Source of the DNA: Podarcis liolepis
Lineage: Eukaryota
Assembly: GCA_965112155.1 (NCBI GenBank)
Contig: OZ218103.1
Length of the DNA: 64,000 nucleotides
Strand: one strand, 5' to 3'
Of the stretch, positions 1 to 12,545 are shown piece by piece. Under the pieces are notes generated by a model, which saw only the letters and a list, made by a program, of their open reading frames with translations, made no database searches and was not told the origin of the DNA. How positions within the stretch are numbered: position 1 is the stretch's first letter; every line of letters starts with the position of its first letter. A program made the position numbers and the translations under genes.

Positions 1-464
1 CTGTATCCTTTGCAGGGTCAAGATGAAATCTTCTCTTAGTGGAACAACACAGGCACAACTCTTTGTAGTCAAGCTCTCAAGACCACCAAAGGTTTCTTGG
101 GACATGCTGTTGTTTGCTTATCTCCCTTTGATACCCTCAAGGTTTAGGTGGTCCTTATTTTTATGGCTAGCACTTAACAATCTCCTGTTCACCTCCTGCT
201 GATGAGACTTTCTCTCATGTCCATCTTGCTGGGACAATGTTTGAGGAGTTATTTATGTTAGCCAAGGAAGAAAGGCCCCTTGGGAGAATGGAATCTTGTG
301 GCAGGAGGTGAGTCTGACACAACGTCTCTGAATGGGAATGCATGGTAAGAATTGGAAGAGGAAAAGGGAGGGCTGCCAAATTACAGTCTCACTTTATGTC
401 TAGCTCTGTGTCCAAACTTCAGTTTAGACAGTGGCAAGAGGAACTTAGGATATTTCCAGATCAA

Positions 465-465
<1 letters not shown>

Positions 466-503
<38 letters not shown>
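466..503. repeat. (CA)n microsatellite
   Basis: Direct reading. Confidence 0.98.
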
Positions 504-504
<1 letters not shown>

Positions 505-979
505 GCCTTACAGTGACAAGTGAAAACCATTCAGGTTTACACCATTTTAGCTGGTGTCAAAAGAGTTATGAGGCCTTCAGATCTTTGCAAACTGAACTTA
601 TAACATAAAGCTAAGGCCTCTGCTTGGTACTACTGGCCAAGAATATCTGTGAACACCAAGCTACTGAATCAGTGTGTCTACAAGGATTAGAAGTGAAGGT
701 GAGTCCACATGGCTTTTAGCTTGTTTTGCACCCTCTTTTAAGGACCAGCTCAGCAATTCAAAAATATCAGCTGTTGGACAGTCCAAACAACACTTGTTAC
801 TGTGGCATTGATCTAATCCCCTATTTGCAGTCTGAAGTGGTACGATTCAGGAAAGATTGTACCATGTCAAATTTCCCCCAAAAAGTATTAGATTCCTGTT
901 TTTTAGTATCTGGGACGTAGGATATCCTTGCTTGGTTTCCGATGTCTTCTGTCCTTCAGGGATAAGTTTTATACTCATA

Positions 980-1114
980 TCCAGTGTATCTGAAGAAGTG
1001 TGCATGCACACGAAAGCTTATACCAAGAACTAACTTAGTTGGTCTTTAAGGTGCTACAGGAAGGAATTTTTTTATTTTGACTATGGCAGACCAACACGGC
1101 TACCCATCTGTAAC
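980..1114 (+). mobile_element. Penelope-like element (PLE) terminal-repeat fragment
   Basis: 13-bp TSD with 1 mismatch (ttttatactcata 967-979 / ttttacactcata 1115-1127). Contains a minimal hammerhead motif typical of PLE pseudo-LTRs. Confidence 0.8.
986..1023 (+). ncRNA. Minimal type I hammerhead ribozyme motif (PLE type)
   Basis: GTAT(986-989), CTGAAGA(990-996), extra A, helix II GTGTG-CATG-CACAC(998-1011), GAAA(1012-1015), GCTT, ATAC(1020-1023). Helix I is GTAT/ATAC; palindromic AGCT replaces helix III. Confidence 0.78.
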
Positions 1115-1894
1115 TTTTACACTCATAGAATTGGATGATTGACTGTTGAGTGTCAACACCAACATTTAACATAGTTTGCCCCAAGTGAAAAGGAATGACA
1201 TCAGCAGGTTTTAGAGGAAGTTGGAATCCTGAGGTAAAATCAACTGCATTGTGAAGGTTAGCGTAAGGAACATGTTGACTTATTTTGGACTGCTACCTCT
1301 ACCATTTCAGTATTCTGATCTCCATTCCATGTAAAACAATGGCAGGCTCCATGCTCCACATGGGATGGGCTCTCCCAAAAGTTCCAGAGGTTGCTTTCTA
1401 AAGTCCCCTGCACAACCAAGTTAATGAGTCTTTGTGAGACCTGGACACCCCAAAATTTCCAGTTGTACACCAACACTGAGAAAGATGTGTGTGTTCAAAG
1501 CTCTGTGCTGGCCCTTTGCCCAGGAATATTCTCAGTTACCATTTCTGCCAAATGAATGTGCCACTTCAAAGAACCTGCCTAGACCCCCTGCCAATTAACA
1601 ACAGAGCTGGTCTTTGTTAGCCACTAAAATAATATTTCCCATCCTGCAGAGAGAAGCAAACCAACAGCTCGATCAGGGAACCAGACTCAGCTAGTGGAGA
1701 GAATGATGCAGAGGGCCTCATGTATTGGGAATCTATGCAGGCAATCACAGCAAGCGGCTGTTGCCTGTTTTCACCACACTGAGGCTGAGCTGCAGTGTTA
1801 TTCTAGTTTGCCAATGACACTTTCCAAAGCTCTTTATCCTCCCTTAGCTTTCCCCAGCCCCCACCCCACCCCCTTCCTGTTGTTCCTGTTCTCT

Positions 1895-2360
1895 CCAGTT
1901 ATTGTCAATGCTGTAATAGAGCGATCAAAGTGCAATAAGCTAAACATGACCCATTAGTGGCGTCACTGGCATTTTTTGATTTTTTTTAAAAGAAAGAAAT
2001 CAAAGGCATTTATGTTTGCTTATTATGCACTTTAAACCCTGGCAATGTGATGTGATCAGAGAAGGAGAGAGAAATAAGAGAGATGCCCCCCCCCCCACGC
2101 GCTCTGTCCCTCTGCCTGCCCTTCCCCCTCCCCTCATGTTGGTGCTCTCTGTGTTCATTAGTGGCCACAGCTGTGCAGCCGGCCAATTACTTGGAAATAA
2201 TAAGTACATTTTGCAGTAAATTAAATATTAATTAGTGCTTGGCAGGTTGTTCTTTCTCCCCTTATTCCTGCACCACCCTCTGAAAAAAGAGGAAAGAATC
2301 ATTGGAGAATAAAGCATAAATTGTCCTGTTTGTGCTGACATGTCAATAACAGGGTGACAG
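1895..2360. promoter_or_regulatory. Candidate CNE/enhancer
   Basis: Repeat-free; GATCAAAG (TCF/LEF, 1923-1930), TAATTA/ATTAAT cluster (2217-2235), TGACATGTCA palindrome (2336-2345). Conservation not testable here. Confidence 0.45.
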
Positions 2361-2367
2361 AATAGAG

Positions 2368-2545
2368 AGGTGGTGTTGTGTTGTGGTTAGAATGTCATAG
2401 ACTAGGACCTGGGAGACCAGGGTTCAAATCCCCACTCAGCTATGAAGTTCAGTGGGTGACCTTGAGCCAGTCACTGTGTATCAGCCTAGACCACCTCACA
2501 GGGTCGTTGTGAGGATAAAATGAGAGAATCCTGTACACTGCCTGC
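2368..2545 (+). mobile_element. tRNA-derived CORE/MIR-like SINE, interrupted by a DNA element
   Basis: gtggttaga ... gggttcaaatcccc (A/B boxes), gtgaccttgagccagtcac, cctcacagggtcgttgtgaggataaa; related copies at 4857 and 17600. Confidence 0.75.
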
Positions 2546-2835
2546 AGTGGTGGCTGGCCCCCATTGCAACTAGTAGGGCAGAAGGCATGGAGCTCCAAAC
2601 ACTGGGCAGATCCAGAGCCAGTGACAGACAGAGACAACTAATTCTAGCTCTGTCCCCTGCTAAGTTCTACAAGGGGCAGAACAGAGTCTCAGGAGGATGA
2701 GGCTGACATCAGTCCCCGTCCCCCCCCCCCCCCGCCTCAACTACTTGTAAGCAGGCAGGCAGGTTGGGCTGGCTGAGGGCAGACTGAGGTTCTTGGGGCA
2801 GTGCCCCATTGGCCCTAATGAACCAATCTCTACTG
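2545..2835. mobile_element. hAT-like non-autonomous element nested in the SINE
   Basis: Begins CAGTGG and ends CTACTG; SINE sequence resumes afterwards (cttggaggaaaa). Family assignment is inferred. Confidence 0.45.
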
Positions 2836-4257
2836 CTTGGAGGAAAAATTGGATACAAAAATAAGGGATCTACCCTGCTTTCAGTATGTATTTGAAGGAG
2901 GGGTCGGAGTCAGTAAGGGGCCTCACCCCTTTGCTTGGTTGTGTCTAAGGCAGAGAATCCTGTTCCTCAACTCGAAACCCACAGACTTAATCAGCCTCAC
3001 TGTTTCTTCTCTCCTGGCCATCATTGCTACTGAATCCTTCCCCATTACTGTCACTGGCCACTGGCATCCCAGTCCCACCACCAGCCATTTTTCCCAGGGA
3101 CAGCAGAAGTGTTTGGGTAGGGCATCAGGAAGTGTAACTTTTCTTCCTATTATCTTGCAGTAGGTGAGAGTCACTTTTTATTCCATTTTCTTTCCATTCC
3201 TTCTCTGCAGAGATTGTGATATGTTTTCATCTAGGACTGGCTGCATGGTTTCCAGTCTAGTCTTTGCTTCAGTGAGCTTCTCCTTTAGCAAAATACTGAT
3301 TTGGGATGCAGTCCAGCCAGAGTTAAGCATTATAAGTTCCACTGATACAGTGGGGAAATTAAGCATGTGCTTTACATGCTTTGATTGAAATCAGTGGGAT
3401 TTAAGCCCTTAAAAAAAAAATGACCAGTCTGTCTTCTTTAGTCTCTTCACTGATTAATTCATCTGCAATGGAAACGGTATGATACAAAGAGGAAGGAAAT
3501 CCACAGACCATCCCCAACTCTTGATCCTTTTCTGTTCCCATTCAGCAAGTAAAAGTATCACTTTAGACAGAGTGGAAGAAGACTGGCTTTCTGTCACAAA
3601 CTACAAGTGCAAAGCTTGAATCATTTGTACCTTTGAGCAGCCTTTCTCAACTGGTGTAGTGGTTCAGTCTACACTCTATTAACAGATCCATGAATGGAAA
3701 TGAAATGGTGATTCAGGGGATGGCTGTTCCAATTAAAACCCAGGCAGGCATTTTTACAAATATGTACCTAGTTTCACAATAACCAAGCTGGGTTCATGTT
3801 ATGCCTTGCTTATGTTCAGGTGCCAGTGAAAGCACAGCTGGCCAGTGTGAGGTTTCGGATTTTCAGTGTGTATCTTTTGTACTGGCTATCATTTATTTGT
3901 GTTTCATCTTGTGCAAGCTTCTCCTTCCCTGCTGAGAAGTGTGTAACGCCAGGGGCTCTTTGAAGACCTCTTCCTATAGGGGAGCCACCACCAGCATCCT
4001 CTTTAAACATCTGCCTTTTTTAAAACATAGCCTCCTTTGCTGCTAGCGTGTATATGTGCGTGTGCTATTGCAGCCAAATATTTAAATGTTTTTGTAGCAT
4101 TTGTGCTCAAAAATACTATATCACTGGTATTTGTATATATGGGTGACCAGGAATTGTAGAATTAGATGCTGGCTTTTTAGCAAACGTAATCTGTATTGGT
4201 TCTTGCTTTATCAATGTCACACACTTCGCACAGTCAGATACAATAAGATCATCACAT

Positions 4258-4390
4258 AGAGCCACAGAATTGTAGAGTTGAAAGGGACCACGAGGGTCCT
4301 CTAGCCCAATGACCTGTGATGCAGGAACCTTTTGCTCAATGTGGGGCTTGAACCCACAGCATTTGTTCTCTGCTGATTGAGGTATCCCAG
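4258..4390 (-). mobile_element. CR1-tail-related short repeat
   Basis: agaattgtagagttgaaagggacc is the reverse complement of the CR1-type 3' terminus seen at 24470-24500. Confidence 0.55.
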
Positions 4391-4856
4391 TTTTATTAAT
4401 AAGAAAAATGCCCATCACTACAATAGGGGGTGAGAAGAGAGGGAGAGGGAAAGTAGAAACAGTGCTTGAATATTATAAGGACCATTAGGGAATCCAGTGT
4501 GTCTCTGTTGAGATGCAATGCTTTTCCTCTGGCTCACTGTCTGTGGAATGGAGAGCGGTCAGCTACTGTCAGGTGTAGAGAAAAGGTTTTGTTCTTACCA
4601 CAGTGTTTTAATAATATCCAACCATTCATTTATAAAGGAGAAGGTAAAATTAAGTTTGCTCATACTTGCATAATCTCATCCTGGATATTCTTTCAGTACA
4701 GCTCTGAGGCAGGGTGATCCAGTGCAGTTTTTAAAAAATATTTTGATAGCATAGTCATTTATATTTTCCATATTATAGTACGATTGAGGCAGAGGAAAGT
4801 TTGTCAGAACATTTAGGAGTGTTGCAGGACTCAGAATAAAAAAGATTTAAAATGTG

Positions 4857-5040
4857 CTGCAGTGGTTAGAGTGACTAACTAGGACCAGGGAGACCCAGAA
4901 TCCAAGCCCAGCTGAGCTGTGAAGCTAACTGGGTGAACTTGGGCCACTCACTATTTGTCCACTTAGCTTACTTCACAGAGTTATTGAGAAAATAAAATGG
5001 CAGGGGAAATATATAGTGCTCTGGGGATTTTGGAGAAACA
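4857..5040 (+). mobile_element. CORE/MIR-like SINE, degenerate
   Basis: Similar to 2368-2545 (gtggttagagtg...ctgggtgaacttgggccactcact). Confidence 0.65.
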
Positions 5041-5299
5041 GCAAGACAAATTAAACGGATTTTGTTTCAGAGAAGACAAAATATTCGGAGCAATTGAGCT
5101 TAAATCCTTCCTTCCTTGTTTGTTTGTTGGCTTCCTTCCTTTCTTCCTTCCTTGCTGCTTCACCCCTCTTCTTTTTAAAAAATTTGGTTCCCTACTGTGC
5201 TGCCCCCTGCTCCTGCCCTGTCTGTGAGCTTTCTAAATTCACTGAGGTCTTCCTCAAGGTGAAATGAAGGCGTCTGGTTGTGTTTGGTGGTGCAAGAGG

Positions 5300-5760
5300 G
5301 GGCAGCGTGGCGATATGGCCTGATCTTGTGATTAAACAAAGGGATTCAGCCAACATGTGTAAAATTAAGTGATCAAGAGTTGATTACAGAGTGCATTGAT
5401 TGTGTACTGATGGATTAAACGGAGTCGTGCTCAGGATGTGATTTTCCAACCTGGAGAGAGAGTGCGAGCAATTGACGTGCCGGCCAGAAGGACCTACCTT
5501 CTCTTGAGCTCTGCCTTTTCTACATTCTCCGGATAAATCTGCAGAGAGGCCTCTGGAATTATAATCGATTATCCATTTCTCAAAGTCACTTAGGGGCCCT
5601 GAGCTACAAGCTAAAGTGCCGGCACTGCGAAGAAGCATTGGGTATGCGCCGGCATGAGCGGATGCCGACGCGAGAGGGATATGTGGCGTTGACCCTGCCT
5701 GCTGCAAGCTGATGAATCTATTTTCTTGTAGGAAATAGTTTTGACAGTTCAATATCTGTG
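5300..5760. promoter_or_regulatory. Candidate CpG-rich CNE or internal promoter
   Basis: CpG density far above surroundings, no repeat hallmarks; TGATGGAT (PBX-HOX type), TGACGTG, TAATCGATTA palindrome. Confidence 0.45.
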
Positions 5761-6037
5761 TTTTCAGTATGTGTGCTTTACCCTCCCCCTTGTCTCACCA
5801 AGCTAGTGGGAGGAGGGAGGGCAATGCTGCGGGAAAGGAATGGAGAAGAAAGATTGGAGGGCTCTGCCCCGTCACTGCTTCAAATTATAGGCATCTCAGT
5901 ATATCACCAACCTAGCAAGTTGCCCTCTAAGTCAAGGACAAGTGCTGCCTAAAAGGATGTCTTGTGGGAAAGAACTGGAGCTGCTGCCTTGTGCAAGATG
6001 GTTCCTGAGTGTCACACCTACAAAGAAATGGAACTAA

Positions 6038-6087
<50 letters not shown>
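6038..6087. repeat. (AAT)n microsatellite
   Basis: Direct reading. Confidence 0.98.
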
Positions 6088-7044
6088 GTGGCTCCTATCT
6101 CACGATGTTCTTTGCATGAACTTTATGCAGGGAACACTGTGTTAGAACATTTAATGCTACAAGCATAAGGGTATATAGCCTTCCACAAGTTTATAAATAT
6201 CCCCAGCTAAGGGGAAAATAGAAACTCTGATGGAACTGGGAGTCATTATATTGGGGACTGGCTGGTGCTGCCCTCTGAAACACCCGGTTCTATTGGTATT
6301 AGAGATGGAGTGCAAACCAGGAAGGAATAGGGATTGTGTATACTCTGTAGTTGGAAAACTACAGAGCTGTAGGCTGTCACCCATTTGTGCCACATCCATT
6401 CTAGAAATGAGCATGTAGAATTGTAGCCACTACACAGGTTTTGGGTTTTTGTCTTGAGGTACCCTATATTCCTCTCATCCTGTCTGGTGGTGGGATTGGG
6501 CTACAAAGGAATCTTGATTCTGTTTCCTCCAGATTGCTAGTCCATGTAGTCTTTATAATGCTTTCTCCTTTTCAGAGGATGTAGGCCATGTTGACCATTC
6601 ATGAGCTTTTCATTCCTTACTTGTCAGATCTATATATTTTAGTTCAAAAGCCTGAAACGCACGTTTGGAACTAGAGGGAGCTAGTTAGTTCCTCCGGTTG
6701 CTCCACTATTGTTGTTTCCATGGTAGCCAACTAGATGCTTCGAAGAAGCCAATAGCCTCTAAAACAGTTAGATATGGACTGTGTGTAGGATATTTTAGTT
6801 TCCACTTCTTTAAATAGTGTAAAAATTTCTGCCATCGTTGACTAGAATAACATGAGTCAGTAACTTTGGCCCAATAGGTGTTGTTTTTTTAGCTAGACCC
6901 CTGACCATGGAGATACTTGGAGTTTTAGCATGCCTTGTGTATACAGAATACTCAAGGGCTATTAGACTAGTAAGAGTGAGACCAAATATATTTGTAAACC
7001 CTACATTTGAACACAATTTAAAGAGGAGATGAGTTTGCCTTTTC

Positions 7045-7630
7045 CAGATCTATAGTGTGGTCCCATCTGGAATGCTGTGTACAGTTCTGATCACCCTATT
7101 TCAAAGAGGATGCTGTAGAGTTGGAAAAGATATAGAACAGGGCAACCATAGTGACCAAGGGATTGAAGAATCATCTCACCAGGAAAGGTGTAAGTGTGGG
7201 ACTTCCTAGTTTGGGAAGAGGGGAGATGATGATGGGGAGACGATAGAGGTTTATAATATTAGGTATACTGCAGATTTCAAGATTATCAAATGAAATTGAT
7301 TGGCAGTAGACTCAAGATAGACAAAATAAAGAACTTCTTCATACAATGTATGTGATGGCCACTAGCTTAGATGCTTTTAAAAGGGGATTATACTAATTCA
7401 TGGAGGATAAAGCTATATAAATGCCCACCAGTCATAATGGTTGTCTTACCTCCAAAATCAGAGGTAGTATGCCTCTGAGTACCATTTGCTAGGGATCAGC
7501 AGCAGTTGTGGGCCATTGTTTTCCTGCCCTGGCTATTGGCTTCTTCGAAGCATCTAGTTGGCTACCATGTAGAAACAGAATGTTTGGATAGAACGACCTT
7601 TGCTGGGATCCAGCAGGGCTCTCCTTAACC
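7045..7630 (+). mobile_element. Degenerate CR1 LINE 3' fragment
   Basis: cccatctggaatgctgtgtacagttctg (eroded LEYCVQFW region) and tttaaaaggggattatactaattcatggaggataa near the ORF end, followed by 3' UTR. Confidence 0.7.
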
Positions 7631-8572
7631 AAGAGAAAGTAATTTCTGGCATGGTGTTTGAGGACTCCTGTGCTACTATTGTACAACATACAACTAGCTC
7701 TCATAACACCTGTCTCTGCACCATAAGCCCTACCTAGTCAAACTATTCAAGTCGGGGGGGGGGGGAGGTGCCCCTCACAAGCAGAAGGCTACATGCATGC
7801 ATTTTTGCATTCCTTTAACATTTGAGTTAGTGGTACTTTTAAGCTTATTTACATAATCAGGAGGGCCAGAGATTTGCAACAAATGTTCTATGCAAGCTGA
7901 GGAAGTGTAAATGCTAAAATAAAAGCATATGCTCATGAAGATATTGGTCCCACACCAGCTGCTGCTGTTTCAGTGGCTTGATCCATCTGATTGTTGCCCA
8001 CATCTGCGCTCCCCTCCTGTACTTGTCCCTGATCTCGGTTAGCTTCTGAGGACACAGGCAGAACTTACGTATTTAACTGTCCCTCTTGCCAATACTCACA
8101 TAAATCTTCTGAATAAGATGCTAGAAAAATCTTAGCTGCACCAGAGACCACACCCATGAACCTTCCAGCTTCAGCTCAACATCCAGCATCCACTGACAAC
8201 AAAAGGTATGGATTGGCCTTACTACAAATTTACCCTAACCATGAGAGTACAGAATCTGTGATCGGATCTCCTTTTTCTTTTAATTTAAATATATGCCCTT
8301 TCCTACACCAACAGATGCTCAAAGTTGTGTACAAGTAAAGGAAAATATTTGGAGGAGGGGGAATTAAATTAAAACAAGTATGAACAGTAAATATGAAGAA
8401 GAAAATAGCTTGTCCACATACATTTCTTTTAATGGGGCTAGGGGAAATTTTAATCAGAAAAACTGCTGGGGGAAAGGGTTAATCCCATGGGTCCAATCCA
8501 GTATCCATCTCTTCCCACTGCAGCTTCTGTTTGCTGAAATTTAAAGAGGTGGGAGGTCTGATCTACTTTGGC

Positions 8573-8832
8573 CAGGGGTAGGAAACTTTTTTCAGCCCAA
8601 CAACCACATTCCCTTCTGGACAACCTTCTGAGTACCACATGACAGTGGTGGGAAGGGCCAGGCAGCAAATGTAAATTTTGCCTTTATATGGTAGCAGGAG
8701 GCATTATCAAAGTTCAAGGATCCCTCCTAGCCAGGCAAAAAACACTCATGGTGCAAAGCAGAGCCAGTGAAGGATGTGTCCTGGTGACAGTTTTGTGGGT
8801 TAGATAGAGAGGCCTGAGTTTCCCCTCCTCTG
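8573..8832. mobile_element. hAT (Charlie-like) non-autonomous element; related copy at ~38590-38880
   Basis: CAGGGGTAGGAAAC ... gagtttcccctcctctg ends; ccacattcccttctgg core shared with 38592. Confidence 0.55.
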
Positions 8833-9359
8833 ACTGAGACCCATTGATAGTCTGTAGAGGCCACAATTCACTTAGGGATGGAAGACAGTTTCAAAAACAA
8901 GCACGCACAAACATACAGACTCTCACACACAAACACCCCCCTTCCCCAAAAAATATGTATATGATGCACTCACAAACTCTAAATCAGCAAGTGCATGGAG
9001 GAGGTCAAAGAATTGACTAACAGTTGAGCCTCGTGCTTCAAGAGCTCCTAAATCTCTGACATAAACACAAAGTGAATTATGTAAAATGGATTCTTTTAAG
9101 ATTGCTCCATTCCATGTATACTGTTCTCTGATGCAGTTTGACACTGCTTACTCTAAGAGACAGGATCTTGAAGAAGATAGACAAGTCATTTGATCAAATC
9201 TGGCAGTTGCTCTTTTCTTATGATCACTCCTTTGCCTAGTAGCAGAAAACTTCTAACTTCATACAAAGGAACTGTAACAACTGTCTACTAAATCCTACAA
9301 GCTTAGTAATACACATAGCAGCCAAGCAGAGCAAGACCAATTGATTACTAGTGTTCTGG

Positions 9360-9500
9360 AGCAGCATTCCCCAACCCTGCATCCCCAGATGTTGTTGGAC
9401 TACAACTCCCATCATCCTTAGCCAGCAGTGCCAGTGGTCAGGGGTGATTAGAGTTGTAATTCAACAATATTTGGAGATTCACAGGTCCCCCATCCCCACT
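9360..9500. mobile_element. hAT-type MITE (family with copies at 27430 and 54179)
   Basis: ccagatgttgttggactacaactcccatcatcc core and CAG...CTG ends. Confidence 0.65.
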
Positions 9501-10599
9501 GTAGAGGAATCCTCACCCAGTTCTTGCTCCCATAACCTCACCTAGTTCTCATGGCAATTGATCATCATCATTACTCTGAATTCTCTTGTATTTGTATTGC
9601 TGCAGTTTCTGTGAATCATCTAGTAGCCAGCTGTACCAAAGACCGTGCTTATGTACCCACCCCTTTGTCAGGGCAGAATCTATCTTACAAAAGCAAAACT
9701 CCATGTTACACCATCAGAAACAGTTCAGGCTGGTTAGGAAGGAAGCTGGTGTTTCATTTCACCTGTGGATATATTTATCATTGTTCTTATTTTTGAGTAC
9801 CTCTTGCAAAGTGATCATTAGCTTGAATAAAAAATAAATGACTGGGGCATGCATATAAAAGTTATGTGTGGTGATCCATTATGACTCAGTCAGGTGTTTG
9901 TTAGAAACTGAGTGTGAGACCAAGGATCAAAGCAGCTTCTAATGATTTAGAACTAAAGTCAACTTTTCTCATGAACAGGCTGCTCCCCAGCATGGAAGGA
10001 GTGGTCTGGTGGCTTCCTTTAAAGCTTCCCCCCACCCCCTTTAATTATTGTTTTATTGAATAAGCTTATAACATCTTCCACAATACTAACATAAATGCAC
10101 CAGTAACCTAGTAAAAGGAAAGTGAAGCCTGGAAAGGGGAGGGGACAGTTAAAGGAAATACTAAGAAAGTTATACATAGGAGGTCATCATATCATCAAGT
10201 GAAGCACCTATACAAGCCAGTCAATATGTAAATTTAGCATTATTCATATCCCTTGCCCCAGACACTAGGCAAAGGTCTCTGTATATGCTGACCATATCTG
10301 CCTTCCTTTGAAGCTTGGATTTCTTCAGATTGACCATAGGAAATGACATAGAATGAGGTGACAAGTGTGGAAAGTTTAGTGTCAGTGAATCTAGGTATGT
10401 TACCAGTTTTCCATTCTTTCTCTGCTGGGATGAGGGCAACACTTTCCCTCCATTGCTCATGGAGCTGGCTGCCCAGGTGGGCTTAGGGAATGAAGAGCTC
10501 AGGAAAGACAGGCTGGTGTGTGTGGCTCTTTCTTTCAGATCTCTGCCACGGTGTCTTCTTTCTTTCTTCCTTCTCATCGAGAATTCATTGTCTTGTCAG

Positions 10600-11070
10600 C
10601 CTCTAGTTAGCTGGCGTGCGTGCGAATCATAAATTACACAGCCTGGGCCTCTACTAGGCTTCAGCACAGACAAAAAAATTGCACTCCATCACTGTGTCGC
10701 CCAGCTTTTAGCGGTATTGATCAACGCAGCCCCCTCCCCCCCTTTCATTTTAACCGAGCTGGTTAAGTGCAGTATCTTATTTTGTGCTGGGACAAATGAA
10801 AAGAATATTAGCAGGGGTTGAAATATATCTCTTTTTTATCTCTCTGCTACTTTTTTATTGAATCTCTCTGAGTAGGTGGCTTTCCGCAGGATGACAGCCT
10901 CCTGACAGGCCCCTCATTAGAGACTAGACAGTAATTGTGATGCATTTCCCTGCACGGCCTTTTCACTTCTTTCCCCTTCCCCCCTTCCTCCTCTCTCCCT
11001 TTCTCCTGATTTGTAAAGTGATTGGATGTACAGACTCGCTCAGTTTCTTAAATTATTGCCCAGCTCAATC
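10600..11070. promoter_or_regulatory. Candidate CNE/enhancer
   Basis: ATCATAAATT, two TGACAG (MEIS-type) sites near 10892-10910, several retained CpGs. Confidence 0.4.
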
Positions 11071-11749
11071 CATCTTCCTCTTGCTGAGGATGGGCAGCTG
11101 TGGGCTTAGAATCAGGAGCTGGAGACTCAGCTCCTTGTGGCAGAAACAGAGAGCTGACCACTCCTGGACATGGAATATTGGGCTGGAGGGGCCATGGAGT
11201 TGGCACTGTTCAGCAGAAGCACAGACCGCTGCTGTCTGAACTCACTGGGTACCATACCTGTGACTGTAATCCTGGCAAACTTGTGCTCTTCCTTATCTCT
11301 ACATAAGCCTCAGTGAGTGTGGAACTAAGCTTTAAACTAGGGTGGAACTAAGCCTTCAGTTAAACTCCCCCTTCTCTCCAACCTCTAGTTCAACTCACCC
11401 TGTATCCTGACATCATTAAACGGTGTGATTCTCCTCCACACTTGTGGCAAGACACACAATAAGTTGTACTAGGCATTGTCAAGGGGAACCTGCCACTTTC
11501 AGAAGTAGCGCTGTGTGTCTTGCAATGCTTAGATCCACCCTCCCTAAGGTCCTGACTATTTAAATGTTGTAGTAGATGTTTTCTCAGGACTTGAGGAAAC
11601 AAAAGATGTGATTCCTAAAATGCTCCAAAGTAGTAGGCAGTTTTTCATACACGGTTCAAATAAGCAGTTAAACAAATGGTGAATCTTTCTGGAATTTTTT
11701 TTGGGGGGGGGTGAGGGGGTCGTTCTGTTTGAGAATTTAGAAGCAGGGA

Positions 11750-12165
11750 AGTGTAGCGTTTGAAGGGAACCTGAGGGTCATTTAGTCCAACCCCCTGCAA
11801 TGCAAGAATCTTAGCTAAAGCATCCATGGCAGATGGCCATTGAACCTCTGCTTAAACACATCCAATAAAGAAGAGGACACCACCTTCCGATGGAGTTGGT
11901 TCCACTGTTGAACAGCTCTTACTGTCAGAGAATTCTTCCTGATGTTTAGTCTGAATTTCCTTTTTTGTAACTTGAAACCATTGCCTTGAGTCCTACCCCC
12001 AAGAGCAGGAGAAAACAAGCTTTCCCCATCTTCCATGTGACAGCCCTTTAGACATCTGCATATTGTTATCTCCTCTCCTCTTCACTCTCCTCTTATCCAG
12101 GCTAAACATACCCAACTCCCTCAATTGTTCCTCATAAAACTTGGTTTCCAGACGCTTTATCATCT
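11750..12165 (-). mobile_element. CR1 LINE 3' fragment
   Basis: Track ORF 11815..12036(-) RTQGNGFKLQKRKFRLNIRKNSLTVRAVQQWNQL...FKQR is typical of the CR1 ORF2 C-terminus. Confidence 0.88.
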
Positions 12166-12545
12166 TGTCAGGGACTGGCAGGGCTCCAAAGTGTGTGTGG
12201 TGGAGGCAGCGGTCAAGGGGAGTGACCCAGGAAAGGGGACCAGTGACATATGGGGTTTGACGCTGCCCACAAGGCAGGACCCGGGGCAGGGGGAAGAGGG
12301 AGAGTCAGGGCAGTCCAAGATGGAGGAAAAGACTGTTCAGGTGACAGACGGGTCAGTAGACTCCTCACCTTCCTCTGCCCCACTGTCTCCTCGAACAGTG
12401 ACAACTTCTGTGCAGGAGGCGTCTCAGGTTGTGGGTGCACAACCTGTCAGGGGAGGGTATATAAGCTGGCAGGGAGGAGGGGTCTCACTGTTGCCGCAAC
12501 TGATCCACAGGGTATAGAATTGTGTGGGAAAGTTCCTTAGTGGCT
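12166..12545 (+). mobile_element. LTR-like fragment
   Basis: Starts TGTCAGGG where the CR1 ends, purine-rich, contains gggtatataagc (TATA). No TSD found. Confidence 0.35.

Noticed and set aside
5384-5752. 122-aa minus-strand ORF over the CpG-rich block
   Set aside because: Non-ATG start, no recognisable protein; GC richness explains the open frame.
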